Below are positions 25,831 to 38,059 of a stretch of 64,000 nt of DNA, piece after piece (the first letter of the stretch is position 1; the number at the start of each line of letters is the position of its first letter). The DNA is taken from assembly GCF_006345805.1 (NCBI RefSeq), contig NC_043011.1, positions 39,258,464 to 39,322,463 on the forward strand, written 5' to 3'. The translations under genes and the position numbers were made by a program. The notes under the pieces are model-generated. The model worked only from the letters and a program-made list of their open reading frames with translations, was not told the origin of the DNA and did not search any database. This stretch comes from Octopus sinensis (Eukaryota).

Positions 25831-26444
25831 GTATCGATCTTAACACTTCTGCTGTGGGTTACGGGTTGTCTTGAATCCAGTAGGGTATTTCTTCTGATTG
25901 CTCTCTCATTGTCTTTTCTTTTTTTTCTTTTTTTTTAATCTGTTCTTCCTTGTCCTTGACCTACAACAACATGAAACTTGCACCCAACTCCTCCGTTATC
26001 TAGAACTATCCTAAGTAAATGAATTTCATATCTGAAATCTCCGCTTTGAAGAATCGTGTTGCACTGAAAAGCAACGTTGAAAATGCAATCTCGTGAGCAG
26101 ATTTGTAATGACATTGGAACTACGGCAGTGCTTTTGTGCGTCGGGGTGGGGTACGGTTGGGTAGGCTGTATAATAATGTATTGGAATTATTTCATCGTTG
26201 TGGCATGTTTAATTATCTATCATCAAATGATCTCTTTTGGCAGAGGTGGTGGTGGTGGGGAATTATCGGGTGGTGGGTGTCTTTTTTGTTGGACTTTGTT
26301 TTGTCAAGTATTTGTTGTTTGTTATTTTCCTTTTATTTGCATTTTATTTGAATTTATTTCATCCTGTGAAGATAATCTGTCAGACGTGATCAATCTTCGT
26401 TCTTCTCATCTGATTAGAATAAATTTTCTTATTTTCAGCTGAAG

Positions 26445-26491
<47 letters not shown>

Positions 26492-26567
26492 CTCTCCCTT
26501 TCTCTCTGTCATTCACTCTTGATTTTTCTCTATCTCTTTTTCTCAATTATATATATATATATATCTG

Positions 26568-26617
<50 letters not shown>

Positions 26618-26738
26618 GTGTGTGCATGTGTGTGTATCTGAGTTCATATATATATGTGTGTGTGTGAGTTTTTGTGTGGGAATCTGAGTATATATATGTG
26701 TATGTGTTTGTGTGTATGCCTGTGTATATGTGAGTCCA

Positions 26739-26769
<31 letters not shown>

Positions 26770-27129
26770 GTGCATATATATATATGCACATATATCTATG
26801 TATGTACACATATATGTATATATATATATAAACATACATACATACACACCCTCTGTTATTCAGTTCATTGTAATTCATTATAACAACTGGTAATTTATTA
26901 CATTTGATATTCCAATGATTGTCGCATCATTTAACTCTGCTTTATTTATATCTATTGTTGGTTCAAATGCTTCTATCTATTTTCTTGTTCTTGTTGCTGT
27001 TTGTTACCATGGAGCAAAAGCAGTGGAGCATTTGCACAAAATGTCTTACAGTATTTCTTGTGAATATTTACATTCTGAGTTCAAATCCTTTCAACACTGC
27101 CTTGTTTTTTTTTTGTTATTTTATTCTTA

Positions 27130-27674
27130 TATCTGTTTCAGTCATCTGACTGCGGCCATGCTGGAGCACTGCCTTTAGTCGAACGAATCAACGCCAGGAT
27201 TTATTCTTTGTAAAACCTAGTACTTATTCTATAGTGAAGGCACATGGCTCAGTGGTTAGAGCATCAAACTTAGGACCGCGAGGTTGTGAGTTCGAATCTC
27301 AGATCGGGCTGCGTGCTGTATTCTTAAGCAAGACACTTTATTTCACATTACTCCAGTTCACTCAGCTATAGAAATGAGTTGCGACGTCACAGGTGCCAAG
27401 CTGTATCGACCCCACTGCCTTTCCCTTGGATAACACTGGTGGCGTGGAGAGGGGAGGCTGGTATGCATGGGCGACTGCTGGTCTTCCATAAACAACCTTG
27501 CCCGGACTTGTGCCTTGGAGGGTAACTTTCTAGGTGCAATCCCATGGTCATTCGTGACTGAAGGATCCTCCGATCCTATTGATCTCTTTTGCCAAACTGC
27601 CAAGTTACAAGGACGTAAAAATGCCAACATCAGTTGTCTAGCGATAGTGGGCGGGACAAACACACACACTCACA

Positions 27675-27721
<47 letters not shown>

Positions 27722-27800
27722 CGGGCTTCATTCAGTTTCCATCTACCAAATCCACTCACAAGGCTTTGGTCGGCCCAAGGCTATAGTAGAAGGCACTTGC
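27130..27800 (-). mobile_element. SINE family A interrupted by a family B insertion
   Basis: Family A sequence stops at ttattctat (about 27232) and resumes at ctattgatctcttttgcc (about 27575). Confidence 0.85.
27234..27574 (+). mobile_element. SINE family B, full length
   Basis: ggcacatggctcagtggttagagc (A box)...gagttcgaatctc (B box)...cttaagcaagacacttt (CORE-like)...gtgcaatcccatggtcattcgtgac. Confidence 0.9.
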
Positions 27801-28589
27801 CTAAGGTGCCATGTTAACTTTGCCTTTTTTCATCCCCCCAAATTTTCAGGCCTTGTACCTCTAGTATAAACAATTACTATTATTATTATTATTATTTGGG
27901 GGATTGAGAAAATAAGTACTAGTTGAGAACTTAGGCTGATATAACCAACTTACCTACTTCCCCCAAAATTGCTGGTCATCTGTGAAAATATGAAACCGTT
28001 ATTATTATTATTATTATTAAGGCAGTGAGATGACACAATCATTAGTACATCAGGCAAAATGCTTAGTGGCATTTCATCCTTGTTTGAATTCCTCTGAGGT
28101 CGGCTTTGCTTTTATCCATTCGGGGTCAATAAAATAAGGACCAGTTGAGCACAGGGGTCAATTTGACTTACTCCCTCCTTCAAATTTGCTGGCCTTGTGC
28201 CGAAATTTGAATCAGAGAAAGAGAATTGGAGAGGTCACTTGCCCTTGGTGTTCATGGAGATCTTCGATAGTGGGGTTCCTTGCTTATCCCCAGAGGCCAT
28301 CCTGCATCAGAAGGACTACATCTCTATCACCCCACCTTTTTTTGTTAACCTTTGTATATTATGTATATTTCCCTTCCTTTTCACTGTATACCATGCATAC
28401 TTACTCTCTCTTTCCTTTTTTTCTTTATTATTATCTATTTATTTATTTTATCATTTCGTTATATGTAAACCTCAACACTTTGTTTTGTATTGTCCCCCTC
28501 ATCATTTGCCCTGATGGCAAATTAATGAAATCATCATCTTCATCATTATTATTGTTGTTGTTAAGTTGCTTTTGTTAGTTTGTTGCTTG

Positions 28590-28630
28590 ACTCATGTTCT
28601 TTTCTTCTTTTTTTCTTCTTCCAGGTAAGT
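28590..28630 (+). promoter_or_regulatory. Candidate recursive splice site (ratchet point), AG|GTAAGT
   Basis: ttgac branch-like motif, about 26-nt uninterrupted pyrimidine tract, CCAG (AG 28623-24) directly followed by GTAAGT. Confidence 0.55.
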
Positions 28631-28754
28631 GATTGAAAATTCAATTATGAATCGGAGGTCATCAGACCAATCAATGTTAGTTGTATGTGCTACAGTTGCA
28701 AAGGTAAATTACTTCACTGCTGCTTTATTTCCCTTCTTCTCTTAATTTACTTTG

Positions 28755-29110
28755 TTACCTCCGCCTTAGCGAAGGCGGAGGTATTGTTTTCAGTCGTGCT
28801 TGTTTGTTTGTTTGTCCGTGGACAAGATATCACAAGAACCACTGAATGGATTTGGATGAAACTTTCAGGCATCTTTGGCCTCATGACTGGCACAAGCTGA
28901 TTAGATTTTGGAATTGATCTAGTACCGGACAAGGATTCTGGATTACTTTTCCTCTTTTTTTACTTAATTTTTGAGAGCAGCCGGGTTCATCTTTGGTATT
29001 CTCGTTTGTGAGAGCAATCGAGTTTATTTCAGATTGTCTCTGGATAATAGTGGAGAGGACATTGGTGTTGCCTTGGCAACATTGGTTTGCACTCTCTGAG
29101 TGCTCTTGTT
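28755..29110 (+). mobile_element. HINE/DINE-1-like element, copy 2 (best-preserved 5' hairpin)
   Basis: acctccgccttagcgaaggcggaggt perfect inverted repeat, (gttt)n, core, 3' gcactctctgagtgc hairpin. Confidence 0.8.
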
Positions 29111-29399
29111 TTTTTGTTGCTTCCATACCACTGACTCTCCCTTTCCCTCCTCCATCATTGTCAATAATTTTCATGGATATTAATCAGCCTCCTTCAGACA
29201 TGCAAACTTTACTGAAGTTCTCAACAGAGTTCACTTCAACACTCAAGGATCTACAGCTGTTGGGACTCAGTGGTGAGAAATCACAATGGGGATGGCAAGG
29301 GACCGAGATTCCTGGCAGTTTGCTGTCTATGAAAAGACACATCAAGCTATGTAAAAGCATGGTTGCACTTGCATACAAGCAAGTCCCCCTGCAACCCTC

Positions 29400-29635
29400 T
29401 CCAGCTGAGCATCCCTAATCTTGCTGGTATCTCGTAAAGAGAACACGGGCCAATGCTGTGTAAAAGCAACCATTACACTCTGTAAAGTGGTTGGCATTAG
29501 GAAGGGCATCCAGCCGTAGAAAGAATGCCAAAACAGACATGGAGCCTGAACAACCCATCAGCTGGTCATCTCTTGTCAAACCGTCCAACCCATGCCAGCA
29601 TGGAAAACAGACTTTGAATAATGATGATGATGGTG
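29400..29635 (+). mobile_element. Family D RTE 3' end
   Basis: ggcattaggaagggcatccagccgtag...ccgtccaacccatgccagcatgg, (gat)n tail. Confidence 0.8.
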
Positions 29636-29949
29636 ATGAATTCACAACAAAAATCCTGCACACCAGATGCAAAAGCAAAAGGTTTTGTGTAATATTTATT
29701 TGTATAATCACCTGTACAAATTTGAATTAATTTTGGACAGCTTAACAGTTTCTCTATCCACCTGTACTCTTTGTTACCTTATATTCACCTCACCACTGTA
29801 CTTTGTGGGTATGTCCCAATGCGTCTCCAGCACCATCTATTTTTCTCTTTCTCCTTCTCTCTCTCTTTCTCCTCTCTATCTCTCTCTCTAACTCTATTTC
29901 TCCTTCCTCTCTTTCCTTTTTCTACTGGGGGTGGCCAAGGATTTCCTCT

Positions 29950-30610
29950 GTAGTGAGACACCTATCTGTATCCTTGTGTTATACATTAACTCCTTGACCA
30001 GCACAAAGTCACCTCTCTCAGTGTCACTCGCTCTCCCAGTCAAGGGGTCTTTGTCTCGCAAGTTCTGTGGTAACCCCACAGGTGTTGGTGCCATATAAAA
30101 ATGCACCAATGCTAGTTCCACATAAAAAGCACAAAGTACACTCTGCAGAGTGGTTGGCATCAAGAAGGGCTTCCATCTGCAGAAACTATGCCCAAGCATA
30201 GAAAAGTGTCTTAAGCAGTTCTCTGGCTTGCCAGCTCCAACCCATTCCAGTGGGTAAGACAGACGTTAAATGACAATGAGGATGTCACGTGTTACTTTGA
30301 TATCGTTGATTACTGCTGTGACTGATTTCATTTTTGCCCCCTCACTGGCTCCTGTGCTAGTGGCATGTAGAAAACACTATTTGAACGTGATCGATGCCAG
30401 GCCTGCCTAGCTGGCTCCTGTGCTAGTGGCAAGTAAAAAGCACTCACTACACTCTCGGAGTGGTTGGCGTTAGGAAGGGCATCCAGCTATAGAAACATTG
30501 CCAGATCAGATTTGAGCCTGGTGCAGCTGCTGGCTCTCTAGAGCACAGTCAAGCCATCTGACTCATGCCAGCATGGGAAATGGGCGTTAATTGATGATGA
30601 AGATGATGTT
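29950..30610 (+). mobile_element. Two tandem family D RTE 3' ends
   Basis: gagtggttggc...gaagggc motif at about 30150 and 30460, each with a gttaa...gatga tail. Confidence 0.8.
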
Positions 30611-31089
30611 TAAATATATATTTAGTGTCAGATTCCACTTGCATTAGATTGTACTTAGCTTGACGCATCTTCTCAAGTACAGCAAATCACTATAACTGCC
30701 GCTCACTTACACACACACACACACACACGCATATGTTTGTGCAAACAGTGGGCACGTAGAAGCACCTGTTGACGTTTCTTGATAGGACAAAAATTAAATG
30801 CATTATTGACATGGTCTCCCATCTGGTCACTAATGAATGGTTGGTGGTAAAAGTTAAAGAGAGGGAGAGACAACTCTGTTTGTCCAAAACCTTTTCATAT
30901 TTGCTATGTTTGCTCGACAAAAGACTGTACGTCATTAAACAGTTACAAATACGAAGTGTGTGTGTGTGTCTTACGTGAATGTGTTGTGTACACATACCTA
31001 TATTCATGTTTCTAGTATATGTTTATTCGAGATATATATAGTCACAAAGACACAATATACATGCATGTATTTATTTAAACTGACTATAT

Positions 31090-31227
31090 ATTGTATATAT
31101 ATATAATATATATATATGTAATATATATATGTATATATATATATGTATATATATATGTATATATATATATGTATATAATATATGTATATATATATATGTA
31201 TAGTATATATATATATTATATGGTGTG

Positions 31228-31278
<51 letters not shown>

Positions 31279-31293
31279 GTGTATATATATATA

Positions 31294-31342
<49 letters not shown>

Positions 31343-31551
31343 TGTATATATATGTATATATTATATATATGTATATATGTATATATATGTATATATATAT
31401 ATGTATATATATAATGTATATATATATGTATGTATATATATATATATGTATATATATGTATATATTATATTATATATTATATATATATATATGTATATAT
31501 ATATATGTTATATATATATATGTATATATATTATATATGTATATATATATG

Positions 31552-31591
<40 letters not shown>

Positions 31592-31788
31592 TGTTATATA
31601 TATATAACGGGAAGCTTTATGAAAATAAACAAAAGACGAAGGCAGGTGGAGGTGGAATGGAAAACAAAGAACAATTGTATTATATGTATATGTGTATATA
31701 TGTATATATATGTATGTATATATATTGTATATATATATATACACATATATATATACACATATATATATATACACATATATATATATAC

Positions 31789-31828
<40 letters not shown>

Positions 31829-31852
31829 ATATACATACATACATATATATAC

Positions 31853-31885
<33 letters not shown>

Positions 31886-31896
31886 ATATATACATA

Positions 31897-31928
<32 letters not shown>

Positions 31929-32266
31929 CATATATATACATATATATATATATAATATATATATATATTATATATACATACATATATATACATACATACA
32001 TATATATACATACATACATATATATATATTATATATATATATATGGGTGTGTGTGTGTATTAGGCATTATATTTTATATATCTTTGTGTTTGTATTTATA
32101 TATATGTATTTATGTGTGTGTGTGTGTATATATATATATATTCATATGTATTTGTGTGTGCTTGTACATATTTATATAGCTAAATATATATTTCTATGTA
32201 TGTATATATGTATATATATATGTATATATATATATACACATATGTATATATATATATACACATATG

Positions 32267-32302
<36 letters not shown>

Positions 32303-32385
32303 CACATATGTATATATATATATACACATATGTATATATATATGTATGTATACACATATATATGTATGTATGTATGTTTGTGTGT
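31090..32385. repeat. About 1.3-kb (TA)n-rich compound microsatellite containing a Penelope-like fragment at 31605-31682
   Basis: Direct inspection; the insert ataacgggaagctttatgaaaataaacaaaagacgaaggcaggtgga matches 35115-35160. Confidence 0.9.
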
Positions 32386-33271
32386 TTACTGGATCCAAAC
32401 TGAATTTCAGGTTTTAGTTTGTTTTACTTTCATTCCTATTTATTTTGTTATTTCCATTTATTTATTTATTTTAATTATTGCTATTTTCTTCCTACCCTGA
32501 ATGAAAGCACAAATAATAAAATGTAAACAAATACGACAATGAAAATATATTGGTACAAATTGGTACGCGATTCTTCCCCTACAATACACCTGCATACTCC
32601 TCCTTAGATACAAGCAAATCCATATACATAAGTATATGCATACCTGTCTCTATGCATGTGTGTGTGTGTGTGTGTGTGTGTACCTGCCTCTATATGTGTG
32701 TGTGTATAAATATTATATATATATATATCCCTCTCTCTCTTTCGGAGAGACACTGAGCAGCTATACGCACACATACACACACGGCAGTAACTTCCACCTA
32801 CCGAATTCAATCACAAAGCTCCGGTCATATATATATATACACACACACACAAATGCATATATGGGTACAGGACGTCACTAACAGTAAACATGAAATACAA
32901 AAACAAATGAGTTCAATGTGCAAACAACAAGAGAAGCAAATGGGAAAATTATTAAGACAATTTAGGGGTGGGTTTCTTACCATTCACACATGCAACCTTT
33001 CCCAGCATTTGAGGGCTAGGTGCTAAAACGTTATGTTTTAAAACCTGTTTCTTAGTCAAGCAATCCGAAGCGAACTTCATCATGCACCTTACTTTTCAGA
33101 CACAGCAGATTTGAGCCTGGTGCAGCTGCTGGCTCTCTAGAGCAGTCAAACCATCCGACCCATGCCAGCAATTGGGTTTGCACTTAGGTTCACTGTGTGG
33201 CCTTTGGTGCAGTATGTGGGTCTCACTGCCACTGTAGTGTGGTGTGTTGTTGCTTTGTTGTTATTGTTTCA

Positions 33272-33376
33272 CCGTTTAGCATTTAAACTGGCCATGTCCA
33301 AAATATTGTACTTGTTTTATGTTAAAACTGGCCAGTTCTAGCATCTTACGCTTACCCTACAATGGCATTCTAAAAA
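33272..33376 (+). mobile_element. piggyBac-type MITE, 5' fragment
   Basis: ccgtttagcatttaaactggcc...tgttttatgttaaaactggcc...ccctacaatggcattctaaaa, homologous to 61121-61145 plus 62160-62250. Confidence 0.6.
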
Positions 33377-33384
33377 GGCTAGTT

Positions 33385-33965
33385 GATTGCATTGGCCCCA
33401 CTGTTCAACTGGTACTTGTTTCATTGGCCCCAAAGGGCAAAGTTGACTATGGCAGAATTTGAACTCAGAACATAGAGATAACCAGAATGCCACTAAGAGT
33501 TTTGTCTGGCGAGCTATCGATTCTGCCAGCTCTCCACCTTAATCCTCTCTGCTGTAAGCACAAGGTTTGAAAATTTTAAAGCGGCGGTAGTTGATTACAT
33601 TGACCCTCAAAGGATGAAAGGGGAAGTTGACCTTGGTGGAATTAGAACTCAGAATGTAAAGACAGATGAAATACTGCTAAAACTTCACCTGGCATGGTCT
33701 CCACCTTCTTCTTCTTCTTCTTCTTCTTATTATTATTATTATTATTATTATAATCCTTTTTACTATAAGCACAAAATCTGAAAATTTGAGGGCGGTGCCT
33801 AGTCGATTACAGTGACCTCAGTGCATAACTGGTACTTACTTTATCAACCCCAAAAGGATGAAAGGCAATGTCAACCTCGGGGGTATTTAATCTCAGAATG
33901 TAGCTGCTTACAAAATACCAGTGCATTTTGCCCAGTGTGGTAACGATTCTCCCAGCTTGCCGCTT
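33385..33965 (-). mobile_element. SINE family C cluster (3 copies)
   Basis: ggatgaaagg...gttgac...gaatt...gaactcagaa motif three times in reverse orientation. Confidence 0.8.
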
Positions 33966-34028
33966 TAATAATGATAATGTTTGTCATGCGAAGGAAAGGT
34001 GGGTTTTTTTTTTTTTTATGGTTTATAG

Positions 34029-34097
34029 AAGTATTTTGTGAGATCTATCAGTAAAACCATAGCAAAATGTAAACCCTGCAAGTTTGAACTGACACAT
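34029..34097 (+). CDS. Candidate internal exon (69 nt, phase 0-0), product unknown
   Basis: T-rich tract + TAG acceptor, GTGAGT donor, only frame 0 open: KYFVRSISKTIAKCKPCKFELTH. Confidence 0.45.
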
Positions 34098-34692
34098 GTG
34101 AGTACAATGACAAATTTGCTTAAACATTACTGAGGTAAATAACCTCCTTCAGACAACAATAGTAATACAGCAAAGCAAACATCTCTGGGAAATTCTTGAA
34201 AAAAAAACATCATCAGCTGAAAGCGAGAAAGTATCGACACAGTGTTTGTACATAAGATGAATCGCTGACTACTCGTGTTGTTTGGGACTATAAAGTGCTT
34301 TATAGGAATACAATTCAAGCCTGAATTTGTCATGAAAGATGAAATGTAGAGGCTGATAAAAGAGTTATCGTCTGCTCCTTTTGTTTCAATCCCAGCTGAC
34401 ACAGGTCTTTATGGTTCCATTGATAGATATGGGATTGTAATTTGAGCCTTGTATTGACTATCGTTGGTGAATGGAAACCAATATATTGATTATTGGCCAA
34501 GGTTATGCGGATCAATATTTGAGTTGCATATTGGAGCAAAAAAAAAAAAAAAAATTGGCAAGCATGGCTGTATAATTAAGAAGTTAGAGTTCCATCTCAT
34601 TTCAAGGCATCTGCTTTAGCCTTACGCTAACCAAAGCCAAGTGAGTGGATTTGGCAGAGAGGAATTGAGAAAGACCTGTCATACTCTCTCTA

Positions 34693-34724
<32 letters not shown>

Positions 34725-35112
34725 ACTCTCTCTGTGCAAATTTATAGCTCCACTTCTCTGAATCTGTTAAATTTGGTATGAATAGAAATGGATTGGCTAT
34801 TTATCTGTAGACCCCCTAATGAGATCACAAAGGGCTGAAAATCAATTAAGGCAGTTCATCACTTTTCCTGTCTACAGAGACATAGGGAAATTTGACATAT
34901 TTGCTATGTAGGTTTACATAGATCATACCTCAATACTGCAAGGACTTGGCCTCCTGTAGACAGGTTGCTCATATTAAAATAAAGTGTTAAATATTTTTTT
35001 GTATTCAAATTACTAACTTCAGTGAAGCTTCTATATTTGATATATATATATACATACATATATATATATATATATGTGTGTATGTGTATGTATGTATGTA
35101 TATATATATATA

Positions 35113-35310
35113 TATAACGGGAAGCTTTATGAAAATAAACAAAAGATGAAGGCAGGTGGAATACAAACAACAATTGTATTAGTATGGCGCTCAGGAATAT
35201 AAATAAAACAAGTCTTTTACGTTTCGAGCCTACGCTCTTCAACAGAAAGATACACAGAAAAGAAACAAGGAGAGAAAAAAAAAATGCGTGCAGAAGCTAG
35301 CGAATCAACA
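35113..35310 (-). mobile_element. Penelope-like element pseudo-LTR fragment abutting (TA)n
   Basis: Carries a hammerhead motif ending in gctcgaaacgt; its 3' part is repeated at 31605-31682. PLE assignment inferred from the hammerhead architecture. Confidence 0.6.
35213..35250 (-). ncRNA. Minimal type I hammerhead ribozyme-like motif (one core deviation)
   Basis: 5'-UCUUU CUGUUGA A GAGC-GUAG-GCUC GAA ACGU A AAAGA-3': stem I UCUUU/AAAGA, 4-bp stem II, palindromic ACGU stem III, GUA cleavage triplet; A6 is U. Confidence 0.6.
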
Positions 35311-35957
35311 TGGCACAACAATGCACCAATATTTACTGGAAATAGCAGTTGGCAATATATGTCGCTATAATAAAGTTTCACTGTGTATATACTGGCAAAG
35401 ATGTATGTGGGTGGCATACATAAGAAATTTCATCTTATCTGTAGGAAGAATATCAGGTAAATGTCCAACCAAATGTGGTTTCAGACATATGACTACGACC
35501 ATGCTGGAACACTGCTTAAGTTGAACAAATCGACCCAGGACGTATTTTTTGTAAGCCTAGTACTTATTCTATCGATCCCTTTGGCCGAACCACTAAGTTA
35601 CAGGGGCATAATTAAACACACCAGCATTGGTTGTGAAGCGATGGTGGGGGGACATCAGTTGTCCCCTGTTTTATCTACTCCATTCTGAAGGTATGACATG
35701 AAACTACTTTTGGTTTTCTACTAGCAGAATGAATCTGCCAACATCTGTAAATTTGGTAAAAGGTGTGAGTATAGGCCAGGCTGGCTACTGGAAACTCTTT
35801 CTGTTGGTAGATTCACCTCTACCCGCTGGAAACCCAAGGTGCCGACAATAAATAATAGTTGTACTCTACCTTCAGTATTGAGTGTACTTGTTTCTGTTTA
35901 TTTCCACTAATGATGGTATATATATATATGTGTGCATGTTTTATGTCTCTTTTTACA

Positions 35958-36352
35958 CATAGGCATAGGAGTGGCTGTGTGGTAGGTAGCTTGCGTATGA
36001 ACCACATGGTTCCGGGTTCAGTCCCACTGTGTGGCACCTTGGGCTAGTGTCTTCTATAGCCTCGGGCCGACCAAAGCCTTGTGAGTGGATTTGGTAGACA
36101 GAAGCTGAAAGAAGCCCATCATATATATGGGTGTGTGTATGTTTGTGTGTCTGTGTTTGTCTCCCCAACATCACTTGACAACAGATGCTGGTGTGTTTAC
36201 ATCCCCATAACTTAGCAGTTCGACAAAAGAGACCGATAGAATAAGTACTAGGCTTACAAAGCATAAGTCCTGGGGTCGATTGGCTCGACTAAAAGCAGTG
36301 CTCCAGCATGGCTGCAGTCAAATGACTGAAACAAGTAAAAGAGTAAGAGTAA
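35958..36352 (+). mobile_element. SINE family A, full length
   Basis: Matches 10307-10720; a reverse partial copy lies at about 35490-35655. Confidence 0.9.
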
Positions 36353-37199
36353 ACACCTGTATGCACCTATATATGTCTATGCATTTATATATATATATAC
36401 ACACATTTATATGCTTATGTCTGTGTATAAAATCTTATTGTTGCTAACTCACAAGCATTCAGAAACTTTTGTTTCCTTTTATAAAAAAAGAAAGAAAAAG
36501 AAACAAAGAAAGGGGACCTTCCCCACCATACCCCAGTCAGTCAGCGTAATGACAATCTCGTTAGTCTAACGATAATTGTGATAGGTACTTAGGTAATCAT
36601 CATTATTAAGGAAGCTGGCTAGCAAAACAAATGGCGGAGAAAGACAGGCCAGAACTAAAAGAACTAAAAGACAAACAGACGGAAATCAATATGGACTGAT
36701 CAATATGCAATCCTTTTGTTTGGAGTTGACATTAATTCTTTCTTCTTTTCAGTTTTCCTTTTTATCTCCTTTATTTGCCTTATTCTTCATTTATAGATCA
36801 GGTTTTATTGAGATCCCAAAGAAACGAGTCCCTTCATGTTTTGTTTTGTTTTGTTTCGTTTTGTTATTTTTTCAATCCACCCCCAATTATCTCGGCTGAT
36901 GTCAGTATGCTGAAAGGAAATGAAGGACAATGAGGTGTGTTTAAATTAGTCTCTTTTCTTGTTGTTTTTCTTCTACTTTCAACGTCTCATCAAGGTAAAA
37001 TTGGCCATCAATCCTCTTTGTTTTATTTTATTTTTATCTTATTTATTTATTTGCTTTTTGTGCCGTAATCGATAAAGTAAGATACTCTGCGGTCAGTTTA
37101 ATTGACTACACCTCACCACCGTCACCTCCACTGCCCCGACCAAAATTTGTCCCTTTGTTCTCCGGACAGAAATCATCAGTGTTATTGATTAGCATTGTT

Positions 37200-37680
37200 C
37201 TCCAGCTGATAGCATGGAATAATTGGTCAAATTGTTAGCACGCTGGACGAAATACTTGATGGTGCTTTCTTCAGTTCCTTCCATTCTGAGTTCAGATCCC
37301 GCCAAGGTCAACTTTTCGTTACATCTTTTTACTTTCAAGTACAGAAGTTGTTGCTATAGATACGATCACAACTCTTCCCCTCAAATTTGCTAACTGCTAA
37401 CTGTATGCTTATATGATTATTATTATTATTATTATTGTTACTATTATTATAATTATTCGTTAGGCAGTGAGCAGGTAGAATCGTTAGCATGCCGGGCAAA
37501 GTGCTTAGCAGCATTTTGTCTGTCTTTATATTCCAAGTTCAAATTCCGCCAAGGTTGACTTTGCCTTTCATCCTTTCGGGGTTGATAAATTAAGTACAAG
37601 TGAAACACTGGGGTTGATGTAATGGACTGGCCACCTCCCCCCAAAGTTTCAGACCTTGTGCCTTTAGTAGAAAGAATTAT
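37200..37680 (+). mobile_element. SINE family C, two copies
   Basis: ggcagtgagcaggtagaatcgttagcatgccgggcaaa...gcctttcatcctttcggggttgat. Confidence 0.8.
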
Positions 37681-37682
37681 TA

Positions 37683-38055
37683 TTACTTCTGCTTTAGTGA
37701 AGGTGAAGGTATTGTTTTCAGTTACGTTTGTTTGTTGGTTGGTTTGTCCATGGACAAGATATCTCAAGAAACACTGGATGGATTTGGATGAAACTTTTGG
37801 GGGTGTTTGGCCTCATGACTGGCAAGAAATGATTAGATTTTGTGATTGATCTGGTTGCGAACAAGGATTCTGGATTAATTTTCTTGTTTTTCACTTAATT
37901 TTTGAGAGCTGTCAGGTTCATTTTGAGTATTCTTGTTTGTGAGAGCAGTCAAGTTTATTTCAGATATTCTCATTTTAAAAATCATCTCTGGCTAATCGTT
38001 GAGTGGATGTTGATTTTATCTTGGTGGAGGTTTGCGCTCTCTGAATGCTCTTGTT
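37683..38055 (+). mobile_element. HINE/DINE-1-like element, copy 3
   Basis: Same core and 3' end (ttggtggaggtttgcgctctctgaatgctcttgtt) as 20083 and 28755. Confidence 0.75.
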
Positions 38056-38059
38056 ATTA

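Noticed and set aside
25960-26140. Minus-strand open frame CNTILQSGDFRYEIHLLRIVLDNGGVGCKFHVVV after a cttttcag acceptor
   Set aside because: Only a weak GTCAAG donor and no recognisable motif; cannot be supported from sequence alone.
27234-27310. tRNA-like sequences in SINE heads
   Set aside because: A/B boxes continue into SINE bodies with no complete cloverleaf or terminator; not functional tRNA genes.
31091-32500. Long Y/I/V/C/M-rich ORFs (up to 392 aa), and similar ORFs at 20.5-21.5, 42.3-43.9 and 61.4-61.8 kb
   Set aside because: Translations of (TA)n/(TG)n microsatellites, which lack stop codons in some frames.
36630-36700. Short ORF MAEKDRPELKELKDKQTEINMD* with a good start context
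   Set aside because: Only 22 codons, no donor, no recognisable family.
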